Shown piece by piece: positions 31,761-40,941 of a stretch of DNA of 64,000 bases; position 1 is the stretch's first letter, and each line of letters starts with the position of its first letter. This DNA is from Oceanispirochaeta sp. (lineage in GTDB: Bacteria > Spirochaetota > Spirochaetia > DSM-2461): positions 1,472,001 to 1,536,000 of the forward strand of contig CAXXXD010000002.1 in NCBI GenBank assembly GCA_963663385.2, read 5' to 3'. Made by a program: the position numbers and the translations under genes. Under the pieces are notes generated by a model. The model made no database searches. It was not told the DNA's origin and saw only the letters and a program-made list of their open reading frames with translations.

Positions 31761-32629
31761 TTTTCGCCTTCCCGGCGGGGCTCCCGCTTCGTTGCTGAAT
31801 CTATATATTTGAGAATGCTGTCAAACAGGATTTTATAGGAATCATCTTTTTCACACTGGTTCAGGTAAGCCATCCGGCAGCTTCTCCAGGCCGAGCAGAA
31901 AGAACACTTTTCATTATCTATAAATACTCTGGTGCGAATTTCCCGGATTTTTCTGTTTTCACAATCATTGATAATCTCTTTCAGCTGTTCCAATCCGGAA
32001 CCCAGGAAATTTCCCTTTACCAGTTCATCCCTGCTTTCTGCTATATTCATACTCCTGTCTATATAGACAAATTGGGCCGGATCATTGAATACGGGGGCAG
32101 TTATCGAGAACGTTTCATTTTCATAATCCTTTGAGCAGAGAAAACGGAACGGCTCTATGTGGCCTTTTGGTACATTCGTGTAAGCAAAGTAGTGAAAAAG
32201 GTCGTCCAGGCTGTCCCAGTCGATATTATCACCACAACTTTTAAGATAGAAGCCGCAATCAATGTGCAGAGATGACAGAATCCTTAGATCTCGGATATTT
32301 TCCGCTTTATCTGCCGGGAAAAATACCTGCATATTAAAATTCCTCAACCTGCCTGTTTGTATAAGAATCATTGTCAGATCTCCTGTTTCCGGTACAAAGA
32401 GGGCAAGGGGAATCCCTTTGTAGGTATCTTTGAGTTCAAGTTCAGATAGACTTATATGAGAAGTTACTTTTATACAGAACAGACGGAAAAACTCTTTTGA
32501 AAGCTTGTCGATTTCTGTAACATCTTCCAGATTTTCGGTTTCTATAATACTTTCAATATCTTTCAGCTGACTTATCAAGTCCCTGTTGAAGGGTGCTACT
32601 ACGATTTTTTTTCTGTTTTTCTCTTTCAT
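31748..32629 (-). CDS. Degenerate SPASM-like protein with no CxxxCxxC motif
   Basis: C-term VYIDRSMNI...GNFLG...CSFCSAWRSC resembles the neighbour's LYIGPTGKL...YGNI...CKYCRFWGMC. Confidence 0.55.
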   Translation of the reverse strand: MKEKNRKKIVVAPFNRDLISQLKDIESIIETENLEDVTEIDKLSKEFFRLFCIKVTSHISLSELELKDTYKGIPLALFVPETGDLTMILIQTGRLRNFNMQVFFPADKAENIRDLRILSSLHIDCGFYLKSCGDNIDWDSLDDLFHYFAYTNVPKGHIEPFRFLCSKDYENETFSITAPVFNDPAQFVYIDRSMNIAESRDELVKGNFLGSGLEQLKEIINDCENRKIREIRTRVFIDNEKCSFCSAWRSCRMAYLNQCEKDDSYKILFDSILKYIDSATKREPRREGEKWQL

Positions 32630-33621
32630 ATCAGATCCTCCGCAGGAAGGTACTCTTCAATGAAATTTGCCAGGCATCCTCCGGCACATTTTTCGTTTTT
32701 CATATAAATGCAGGATTCACACTCATCGTATATTCCCGCTTTATTCCTGCGGACGGCTTTGTGCATATCGTTGTAGTACTTGTATATATCTTCCACCGAA
32801 TCAAATTCAAAAATACTCCTTCTTTTGAATCTTGACAGTGGAAAGCAGGACCAGACCGTCATATCAGGGCCTATATCCAGAGCCGAGCTGCATACAAATT
32901 TTACAGTAGACGGTCCCTGTCCTTTTTCCAGTTTAAAAAACTGACCGATCTGCTCGTCTGTAAAACTGCATAAGGGAAAGCCGCAGTCAAATCCGGCGCT
33001 TACATTGTGTTTTATAAAGAGAGGCAGATAGGATGACAGTTTCGCAGCCATTTCCTTGAAGTGATCAGGTTTGATACACAGATTCTTTTCCCCTGGTATG
33101 GGGTGGGCCAGGCCTATCCGTATATGTCTGTTTATACCGTATCGTTCAATGTGTTCGAAAAGGTATTCCATGGTGGCTTCCAGGGTGAAAAGATTGAAGC
33201 TGAGGGTGCAGTATTTTCCCAGTACCCGCAGAAAAGCATCAATCCTCTCCAGTTCCTTATCCGTGGACATGGACGGGTGGTTCAGGTTTACTACAAAGCG
33301 GACCCGATGTTCCGGAAACTGTTCCAGGCTGGCAACCAGATGATCCAGCTTCTTTTGAGACATAATTCCGCAGGTGAAAACGGTAACCCCGAAATTCCTG
33401 TTTATCAGATAGAGAATAAACTCGGTAAAATATTTATGAACGGAAGGTTCTCCTCCCAGAAGGGACAACTGGTTGTTCATATGGGACCGTTCGAAAAGAT
33501 CTACAATGTAGATGAAATCTTCCCAGCTTATAAACTTGTGATCTGAGCTGTCCATATATTTTTTAGCAAAGCAGTAGGGGCAGGATCTGACACACTCTTC
33601 GGTAAGCAATATATTTGGCAT
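32626..33621 (-). CDS. Radical SAM protein with SPASM/twitch-type C-terminus
   Basis: LTEECVRSCPYC; LLGGEP; DCGFPLC; VCSSALDIGPDMTVWSC; CESC-x7-CAGGC. Confidence 0.9.
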   Translation of the reverse strand: MPNILLTEECVRSCPYCFAKKYMDSSDHKFISWEDFIYIVDLFERSHMNNQLSLLGGEPSVHKYFTEFILYLINRNFGVTVFTCGIMSQKKLDHLVASLEQFPEHRVRFVVNLNHPSMSTDKELERIDAFLRVLGKYCTLSFNLFTLEATMEYLFEHIERYGINRHIRIGLAHPIPGEKNLCIKPDHFKEMAAKLSSYLPLFIKHNVSAGFDCGFPLCSFTDEQIGQFFKLEKGQGPSTVKFVCSSALDIGPDMTVWSCFPLSRFKRRSIFEFDSVEDIYKYYNDMHKAVRRNKAGIYDECESCIYMKNEKCAGGCLANFIEEYLPAEDLI

Positions 33622-33652
33622 AAACTTCTTCCCTGCAGATAGTTTAGATAAA

Positions 33653-33682
33653 ATTCTACTACCAACATGCTGTGGTAGTCAA
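33653..33682 (-). promoter_or_regulatory. Putative sigma70 promoter of the rSAM/Tat operon with an overlapping dyad
   Basis: Minus strand TTGACT-N18-TAGAAT containing ACTACCA-N8-TGGTAGT. Confidence 0.55.
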
Positions 33683-33748
33683 ATTAATACAAAAATGTTT
33701 ATTATTCATCTCTTGTAAATTATGTGTCAGTCTGTAAAATCTATAGTA

Positions 33749-34396
33749 ATGAAATCCCCTCCTTCGAAAATAGTCCTTTTAACTCCTCTTATCCCTGAAT
33801 TTCACGCAGCCAGGGAAGCTTTTGGAGCCAGGGAATTGGAAAACGGGAGTTACCCGGGAGTCCGGATGGCTGAATGGCGCAGAAAAGGACTGATCCTTAC
33901 GATTGTGCAATGCGGATTGGGAGATAAGGGCGTAAAGAGCGTTCTGCCACTGTTATCGGAACTTCATCCTGATCTTCTGATCGATTCCGGCAGCTGCGGA
34001 GGCCTGAATCCTGCTTTCCCTCCGGGCTCCCTTGTAATGGCCGGAGAGGTTGTTTCCTCTGAAAGCCGTACGGTCCTGTCCATGGATTTTTCCGGTTTTG
34101 AGGGTTCCTTTTCTGATTCCGGTTATTTAAAAACCAGGATGCTGGAAGTTCCTGATCCGGTTCTGGATCAGAAAAGCAGGGATGAATTTCAAAGCAGTAC
34201 CGGAGCCGGTGTATGCTCCATGGAAACCTATGCCGTTGCCGAATGGGCGAGGGATAACGCCGTTAAGTGTTTCAGTCTCAGGGTTGTCACCGACCGGGCT
34301 GATGAGAATACCGGGAAGGATTTCAGGAGGAACCTGCGTAATAATACGCTGCTCCTTTATCGTGCGATAAAACAAATACTGAGTTCTCTCCGGTAA
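33749..34396 (+). CDS. Nucleoside phosphorylase / MTA-SAH nucleosidase superfamily protein
   Basis: CGLG, DSGSCGGL, CSMETYAVA, LRVVTDRAD; start may instead be 33722. Confidence 0.75.
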   Translation: MKSPPSKIVLLTPLIPEFHAAREAFGARELENGSYPGVRMAEWRRKGLILTIVQCGLGDKGVKSVLPLLSELHPDLLIDSGSCGGLNPAFPPGSLVMAGEVVSSESRTVLSMDFSGFEGSFSDSGYLKTRMLEVPDPVLDQKSRDEFQSSTGAGVCSMETYAVAEWARDNAVKCFSLRVVTDRADENTGKDFRRNLRNNTLLLYRAIKQILSSLR

Positions 34397-34512
34397 TTGA
34401 CGGATCATCTGTAAAATGGCATGAAAAGTCGGGTATAATGACCAAATATATATTAAATTTCATAATTGATTTAAAGCACGATATCGAACATAATGGAATG
34501 GGGAGTAATTGA

Positions 34513-34992
34513 ATGATAGACACTACATTACAGCTTGTCACATTTCAGCTCGGGGTTGAAAACTACGGAATTGATATTATGGATGTAAAGGAAATCTACA
34601 GCATCCAGGAAGTGCGTGATATTCCGAATGCCCCCTCATATGTTGAAGGAATCTTTAATCTGCGGGGAGATATTATTCCCGTTATAAATCTTCATAAGCG
34701 TTTTCATCTCAAGAAGGCGGAACTGACCGAAGATGAAGCTTTATTAAGCGGTTTTATTATTATCAATCTGGATGGCATGCAGCTCGGTGTTATTATCGAT
34801 AAGGTTTTGAGAGTGGTGACTATTAATCGCGATCAGATTCAGCCTCCGCCCCAGATGATCACTGGTATCGGAACCGAATATATTCAGGGGGTTATCCATC
34901 AGGAATCGGGTTACCTTATTATACTGGATATCCGGCGACTATTTGATCCGGATGAACTGCAGCAGATAGGACTGGTAAATAGCGTCCGCTGA
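34513..34992 (+). CDS. cheW: Chemotaxis coupling protein CheW
   Basis: LQLVTFQLG, YGIDIMDVKEI, IPNAPSYVEGIFNLRGDIIPVINL. Confidence 0.95.
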   Translation: MIDTTLQLVTFQLGVENYGIDIMDVKEIYSIQEVRDIPNAPSYVEGIFNLRGDIIPVINLHKRFHLKKAELTEDEALLSGFIIINLDGMQLGVIIDKVLRVVTINRDQIQPPPQMITGIGTEYIQGVIHQESGYLIILDIRRLFDPDELQQIGLVNSVR

Positions 34993-36017
34993 TGTCTATT
35001 CCTGTATTCAAACCTTCCATTAAACGCAAGGAGATGGACTCTGTCCTGACATGTCTCGTATCAGATCAGATCGGTCCCGGGCCTCTTTCCGATGATGCCG
35101 CAGAGATGCTGATGGAAAGGACCGGTACAACCGCCTGTCATTTTTTCAGAGAGTATGAAAGGACAATAGAGCTGGCGTTCTCAATGCTTGATCTCGAAGA
35201 GGATGATCAGATTATTCTGTCTCCCCTTGTACCGGGAGCCTATCTTCATGTAATTAAAAAACTCAATCTTCAGCCTGTATTCGTTGATGTAGAATCTAAT
35301 ACGGCAGCTCCCGATCTGGATGATATTCTGGATAAGGTTTGTGAGAAAACCAGAGGAATTCTTCTTTTCGGACCCTTCGCCTATCAGTGGGATTTTTCAG
35401 AATGGGAAAACCCCGGTATTAAAATTATAGAGGACATTACGCAGAACCTTGGCAGTGAAGTAAAGGACGTAGAAGCCGGTTCAACAGGTGATATCGTCAT
35501 TATGAGAATGGAAGCCGGAGATCTGGTTACCTGCGGAGGCGGGTGTGCCCTAATGGTCCGTGATAAATCTCAAAAAGCATTTCTGGATGAAGTTATCGAC
35601 AGATACGATGATTCCATTCTTCTTCCGGATATGAATGCGGCCCTTGCTCTTGTTCAATTCAAGGAATTTGAGAAGAGTTTTGAATTAAGAAAAGAGTTAC
35701 ATGAGTTATTTCTTACATCACTGATGAAGAGCCGGCACGGGTATTTAAATACGCCATCCGAGAGTACTGCCTATTACGGGGCCATGCCTGTTCTGGTAAA
35801 AGGTAAAGTCAAAGAGATTCAGGCTTATGCTCTGAAAAAGAATATTAAAACAACCCTGGCATTCAAGGGCTGCTGCCTGGAAGAGGGGCAGGATTATTCC
35901 ATCCACTGCCCGGAAGCGGAAACCCTGGTGCTGAACTGTATTCTGTTCCCTCTTTACCCGACACTTGGAAAACAGAATAGTGAGACGATTACCCGGGTCT
36001 TGGCTACATTACCCTGA
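34992..36017 (+). CDS. DegT/DnrJ/EryC1 aminotransferase-like protein, apparently lacking the PLP lysine
   Basis: IPVFKPSI, PVFVDV, IIEDITQNLG, LFPLYPTL. Confidence 0.75.
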   Translation: MSIPVFKPSIKRKEMDSVLTCLVSDQIGPGPLSDDAAEMLMERTGTTACHFFREYERTIELAFSMLDLEEDDQIILSPLVPGAYLHVIKKLNLQPVFVDVESNTAAPDLDDILDKVCEKTRGILLFGPFAYQWDFSEWENPGIKIIEDITQNLGSEVKDVEAGSTGDIVIMRMEAGDLVTCGGGCALMVRDKSQKAFLDEVIDRYDDSILLPDMNAALALVQFKEFEKSFELRKELHELFLTSLMKSRHGYLNTPSESTAYYGAMPVLVKGKVKEIQAYALKKNIKTTLAFKGCCLEEGQDYSIHCPEAETLVLNCILFPLYPTLGKQNSETITRVLATLP

Positions 36018-36027
36018 CAGGGCGGAT

Positions 36028-36882
36028 ATGGAACGAGATATTAAGACAGTACTTATTATAGTAAACCTTTCTAAAAAAGGGGCTTCATCTCTCTATCCCG
36101 AGGTTGTGGCCTATCTTGAAGAATTAGGTATATCGATAATTAAACACTCTTTCTCCGGGAAGCCGGAGCCTTTTAACCCACCCCCGGCAGATCTGGCTAT
36201 TGTTATGGGCGGTGATGGAACTGTTCTGTACAGTGCACGGAAACTGTCCAGTCTGGATATTCCTATAATGGCCGTAAATCTGGGTACTTTCGGCTTCCTT
36301 GCTGAAGTCAGTTCCAGGGAGTGGAGGGAAGCGATAGACAGGTATCTGAACGGAAACATGATTGAAAGCCGCAGGATTATGCTGACTGTTGATATCCTGA
36401 GGCATGGCGAGATCGTGGAATCCTGCTGCTGTCTGAATGACAGTGTAATAACTTCTACGGGAATGGCCAAGATTGTCAACCTGAAAGTGAATATTTCGGA
36501 TCAGGAGGTTATCGCCTACCGGGCTGATGGAATAATCTTGTCTACCCCGACCGGATCCACAGCCTATTCCATGGCTGCGGGAGGCCCCATCCTCCATCCG
36601 GAACTGGCTGCGGTTATCATAAATCCGATTAATCCCTTCACCCTTTCAAACAGACCTCTTGTAGTTCCTTCTGAAGAAGAGATCAGTATCCTTGTCCAGA
36701 AACAGCAGAGAACCGATCTTGTTCTGACAATTGATGGACAGGATGTTATCCCTCTCATTCCGGGAGATCAGATTATCGTGCGGAAAAACACCTGCTGTGC
36801 CAGAATCCTTTCTTTCAGAAGAAGGAATTTCTACGAGGTTGTCAGGATGAAGCTGGGCTGGAAAGGGGGGCCTCATGATTGA
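36028..36882 (+). CDS. nadK: NAD kinase
   Basis: GGDGT, NLGTFGFL, DGIILSTPTGSTAYSMAAGGP. Confidence 0.95.
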   Translation: MERDIKTVLIIVNLSKKGASSLYPEVVAYLEELGISIIKHSFSGKPEPFNPPPADLAIVMGGDGTVLYSARKLSSLDIPIMAVNLGTFGFLAEVSSREWREAIDRYLNGNMIESRRIMLTVDILRHGEIVESCCCLNDSVITSTGMAKIVNLKVNISDQEVIAYRADGIILSTPTGSTAYSMAAGGPILHPELAAVIINPINPFTLSNRPLVVPSEEEISILVQKQQRTDLVLTIDGQDVIPLIPGDQIIVRKNTCCARILSFRRRNFYEVVRMKLGWKGGPHD

Positions 36883-38557
36883 AGAACTTCATATTAAAAA
36901 CTATGCCCTTATTGATGAGTGTATTGTCAATTTTCAATCCGGCCTGAATATTCTGACCGGTGAAACCGGAGCGGGAAAATCCGTACTGATCGGAGCACTC
37001 GGGATGATTCTGGGGGCAAAAAATGACTCATCCTCAATTCGCACGGGAGCAGATGAGACCGATGTTACAGGTGTTTTTGAAGTTTCGACTGATGAAATAC
37101 GGCTCTGGCTGAAGGAACATGATCTGGATGATTCTGAAGACCGGCTTATAATCCGCCGGACTCTGAAAAGAAGCGGAAGAGGGAAAGTTTCTATTCAGTC
37201 ACGCCCGTTTCCATTAAGTGAATTGACCGATCTGGGGCGCCTCCTTGTAGACGTACATGGCCAGCATGATCATCAGTCCCTTTTTCATATTGACCAGCAC
37301 CGCCGTTTTCTGGATCGCAGCGGCAAACATGAAGCTTTTGTTCGGGAAATAGCTGACACATTTAACCGGGTAAAAGAGCTGAGCCTCAGGATTGAGAAAC
37401 TGAAATCTGATCTGGCAGATAAAGATGCAGAAATGGAGCTGCTCTCGTTTTCCCTGAATGAAATTGAGAAAGCGGATATAAGGGAAGGGGAAGAGGATGA
37501 AATCCGTACACGTTTGAAAAGGATGAACCAGTCTCAGGAACTCTACAGCCTGGCCGACAGTTTTATGGGGCTTATGCCCGAGAGCAGGGGCGGGGCCATG
37601 TCTTCTCTCCGGCAGGCCGGTCGGGTCTTGTCCGGATTAACAGCCCTGGACGGAGTCGATCCCAAACTGTCAGAGCGTTTCTCCAATGCTTTCTATGAGC
37701 TTGAAGATATCATTGAGAGTGTCCGTTCCGTTAATGATGAAATAACATTCGATCCGCGGGATAAAGAATCGATTGAGGATCGTCTGGCCGAAATAAAACG
37801 GATTTTTCGAAAGTACGGACCAACCTATTCGGAGGTGCAGAACTCATATAAAAAGAGTTCTCTTCGTCTGGAAGAGCTTCAAAGCGGAGAAACGAACCTG
37901 GAACAGCTGGAAAGGGAGAAATCCCAGTGGGAAGAAAATCTGATCAGTAAAGCCCAGGAACTCTCTGAAATGAGGAAAGTCCGGGGGGCTCAGCTTGAAA
38001 AAGAAATAGCAGCTCTTCTGAAGAGCCTTGGTATGGCTTCAGCAGAATTCTCGATCCGGATTACAAAAAGGACAGGTGAAAACGGCCAGGCCGTTTGTGG
38101 GATAAGCGGGCTTGACCGGGTTGAATTCCTGTTCTCCGCCAACAAGGGGGAGCCTTTAAAACCCCTGCGGCAGGTTGCTTCCGGGGGAGAAATCTCCCGT
38201 GTTATGCTTGCTGTAAAAACAGCTCTTGCCGGCACAGACAGGATTCCAGTGCTTGTTTTCGATGAAATTGATTCCGGAATCGGCGGAGAAGTTGCTTCTT
38301 CTATCGGACGTCATATGCGGCAGCTCTCCCGGTATAACCAGATATTGTGCATAACTCATCTTGCGTCAATAGCTGTTTATGCCGATAATCATATAAAAGT
38401 AGAAAAAACAGATAAGGAAGATCGGACAAATACATCACTATTTTCATTGACCGGTGAGTCAAAAGTGATGGAGATAGCCCGGATGTTATCTGGTGACAGT
38501 GAGGGTGATGCCTCTATAAGGCACGCGGAAGTGCTCCTGCAAAATGCTGTCGGGTAG
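36875..38557 (+). CDS. recN: DNA repair protein RecN
   Basis: LTGETGAGKS, HGQHDHQ, ASGGEISR, FDEIDSGIGG, CITH. Confidence 0.97.
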   Translation: MIEELHIKNYALIDECIVNFQSGLNILTGETGAGKSVLIGALGMILGAKNDSSSIRTGADETDVTGVFEVSTDEIRLWLKEHDLDDSEDRLIIRRTLKRSGRGKVSIQSRPFPLSELTDLGRLLVDVHGQHDHQSLFHIDQHRRFLDRSGKHEAFVREIADTFNRVKELSLRIEKLKSDLADKDAEMELLSFSLNEIEKADIREGEEDEIRTRLKRMNQSQELYSLADSFMGLMPESRGGAMSSLRQAGRVLSGLTALDGVDPKLSERFSNAFYELEDIIESVRSVNDEITFDPRDKESIEDRLAEIKRIFRKYGPTYSEVQNSYKKSSLRLEELQSGETNLEQLEREKSQWEENLISKAQELSEMRKVRGAQLEKEIAALLKSLGMASAEFSIRITKRTGENGQAVCGISGLDRVEFLFSANKGEPLKPLRQVASGGEISRVMLAVKTALAGTDRIPVLVFDEIDSGIGGEVASSIGRHMRQLSRYNQILCITHLASIAVYADNHIKVEKTDKEDRTNTSLFSLTGESKVMEIARMLSGDSEGDASIRHAEVLLQNAVG

Positions 38558-38572
38558 AGAAGGAAAACTGAA

Positions 38573-39397
38573 ATGGCAAAAGTCAGCGCTGAAGCAAGAA
38601 CAAAATATTTTGAAAAAATCAAGCAGAATAAACGTCAGATAGATCTTTGTCTTCAGCAGGAATCTAAAATCAAAGCCGTTATCAATAACGGTGAAACCGG
38701 AATTGAGTTTCAGAAGATCTCTCTGGCTGAAGAAAACCTGATAATAGCTTCCAATCTGATACTCATGAATCGTTTATCCCTCAGTTTACTGGGGATTAAA
38801 AATGAAAATTTCCTCAATGATGCCAGAAAAACCTGTTATAAAATAATCATTTATCTGGAAGATATCTTTTCGGATTACCTTGATGCTCCCTATTCGGACT
38901 ATTCGGATAAGCTGGAACTTGTAGCAGATCTTCCGGAAGTTGACCGCTATCGTATTATCAGGGAACTGGGATTTTCAATTCAGGAAGTTAAAACAGGATT
39001 CGGTGAAAATTCAAAATGGAAGTGGTCCATTATCGAACTGGAAGCCAGATTGGCAACCTTATCCAAGAATGTTATAGATCTGAAGAAATTTGTTCCCGGA
39101 ATGGATCCCCGATCCGAGGGATTTCGTGAGAGGGTGGAACATTTCCGAATGACCTGCCGCCTGCTTCAGACGTCGGCAGATAACTTCCGTATGAAATATG
39201 AGCTATCGACCAACCGTATGGATGACTTTAAAACGGCTATTAATTACCTGGCGGCTCTAAAACGTTTTTATACCCTCACCAATCAGAAGAGGGAAATCGA
39301 AGAATTAAAAAAGAAGATCGATATCTGGAAACAGAAAATGGATGCGGATGCCAAAAACGTGGAACACGCCGCCCGGCTGAAGCGGCTTGAACGTTAA
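38573..39397 (+). CDS. Hypothetical alpha-helical protein
   Basis: 274-aa ORF with RBS, co-oriented after recN; no motif recognised. Confidence 0.7.
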   Translation: MAKVSAEARTKYFEKIKQNKRQIDLCLQQESKIKAVINNGETGIEFQKISLAEENLIIASNLILMNRLSLSLLGIKNENFLNDARKTCYKIIIYLEDIFSDYLDAPYSDYSDKLELVADLPEVDRYRIIRELGFSIQEVKTGFGENSKWKWSIIELEARLATLSKNVIDLKKFVPGMDPRSEGFRERVEHFRMTCRLLQTSADNFRMKYELSTNRMDDFKTAINYLAALKRFYTLTNQKREIEELKKKIDIWKQKMDADAKNVEHAARLKRLER

Positions 39398-39795
39398 TTG
39401 CCCTTTAATTCATATAGGGCGTCATCAGGAAACAGTTCTTTTATTGTACGGGTAATCATAGGCCCCTTTCTCCCCTTGAAGTGTACAGGGAAATCTTCGG
39501 ATACGAACTCGCTGATAACCTGTCTGCAGGCTCCGCAGGGTGAAACGGGGTAATCCGCATCCGGACAGAATATGGCCAGCTCTTTAAACTCTGTCAGACC
39601 TTTCGTTATCGCCGTGGTGATCGCGCTTCTTTCTGCACAGATGGTCAAGCCGAAAGATCTGTTCTCAACGTTTACGCCGGTGATTACTTCGCCGTTTGAG
39701 CAGAGAAGAGCTGCGCCCACACGAAAATGGGAGTAAGGGGAATAGGAATTCTCTGCGATCTTTTCCGCCAGGTCTATCAGTTCATTTTTTTTCAT
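39394..39795 (-). CDS. cdd: Cytidine deaminase (tetrameric type)
   Basis: YSPYSHFRVGAA, NVEN, ICAERSA, PCGACRQ. Confidence 0.95.
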   Translation of the reverse strand: MKKNELIDLAEKIAENSYSPYSHFRVGAALLCSNGEVITGVNVENRSFGLTICAERSAITTAITKGLTEFKELAIFCPDADYPVSPCGACRQVISEFVSEDFPVHFKGRKGPMITRTIKELFPDDALYELKGN

Positions 39796-39882
39796 GTTTT
39801 ATCTCCCTTGAAAAAGCGTCTGTTTGATCATATTATGTTCATAGTATAATATAATTTCCAGCTGTGCTGTTATAGAGAACAA

Positions 39883-40941
39883 ATGAAAAAATCATTCTTT
39901 TTATCTGTAATTTTCCTTCTTTTTATCCTGTATTATTTTTTGTTTCCCCTGACGGCGGACAGAGAGTATATCTGGTTGCCTCAGTTCCAGTCAGATTTGA
40001 ACGATCTTGACGGGTGTTCCCTTGCTGTCCTTAAGGACTCAGTCTGTATCCGGACAACAACCCTTACAGGTGTACTCAATCCGGATGGAGAATCCATTAT
40101 CAATAGAGATGAGAACAGGATCAAAACCTATTCCGGCAGCCATACATTTGAATCGAAGGGCGACTTCGTTTCTGTTCTGAGGAATAGAATAAATAATAAA
40201 TATGCGATTTTCGAAGGAGCGGGTTCTCCGCTTATCCTGAATGAGCATTATCTTCTGGCTGATTTTCCTTCCTCTCTGATAAAAGAGGTTAGTACAACAG
40301 GTGATATCCTATGGTCCTGGGAAGGAGTCTCTCCTATTACGGCTCTTTCTGCCAGTACAATGAATGTGGTATTCGGAACCCTGGACGGGAAAGTCTACCT
40401 CTTCAGAAAGGACGGCAGTCAAAGGGTTTTCGAACCTCTGAAGGATAGGAATGATTCTGTTATTTACGGCTTGTCCATCTCTCAGGAGGGGAGCCGGTTG
40501 GCTGTCGTAGCCGGATTGGATAATCAGCATCTTGTTATTTACAGCGAACTGACTACCCTTAAATATGTAGAATCCGCCCGGTTTGAGTTGGATAGCCACT
40601 ATGCAAGGCCGGTTACACTCTTCGCTTCGGATTTGAGCTTTTCTGTATGGGTGGAACAGCCCGGTGAGCTGGTCCGTTATACCAGGAGAGGGGTAGAGAC
40701 CCGCTATCCATTTGACGGGGAGTTGTTGACGATGGTTCCTGATGAGAAAGAGGGGCTGATTCATATACTCTGCAGGAGTGACAGCGGTGAAAGCCGTTTG
40801 AGTATCCTGTCTCTTGAAGGTCGTCTTCTGTTGAGTGAAAAAATGAGTGATGTTCCAAGGTATTTCAAATATTTTGAGAATCAGTTTTCCCTGCTGGTTG
40901 GGCAAGACAGTTTTATTCTGATTGACAGGAAGGAGTATTGA
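39883..40941 (+). CDS. Membrane-anchored beta-propeller-like protein
   Basis: N-terminal TM; WD40/PQQ-like GTLDGKVYLF and ISQEGSRLAVV. Confidence 0.55.
   Translation: MKKSFFLSVIFLLFILYYFLFPLTADREYIWLPQFQSDLNDLDGCSLAVLKDSVCIRTTTLTGVLNPDGESIINRDENRIKTYSGSHTFESKGDFVSVLRNRINNKYAIFEGAGSPLILNEHYLLADFPSSLIKEVSTTGDILWSWEGVSPITALSASTMNVVFGTLDGKVYLFRKDGSQRVFEPLKDRNDSVIYGLSISQEGSRLAVVAGLDNQHLVIYSELTTLKYVESARFELDSHYARPVTLFASDLSFSVWVEQPGELVRYTRRGVETRYPFDGELLTMVPDEKEGLIHILCRSDSGESRLSILSLEGRLLLSEKMSDVPRYFKYFENQFSLLVGQDSFILIDRKEY

Larger units (their letters stand above)
27763..33621 (-). other. Putative RiPP-like operon: rSAM/SPASM enzymes, Tyr-rich Tat-lipoprotein precursor and dedicated Tat translocase
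   Basis: Seven co-oriented genes with overlaps or gaps of -4, -13, 58, 33, 0 and 1 nt; visibly AT-richer than the flanks (not computed). Confidence 0.8.
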
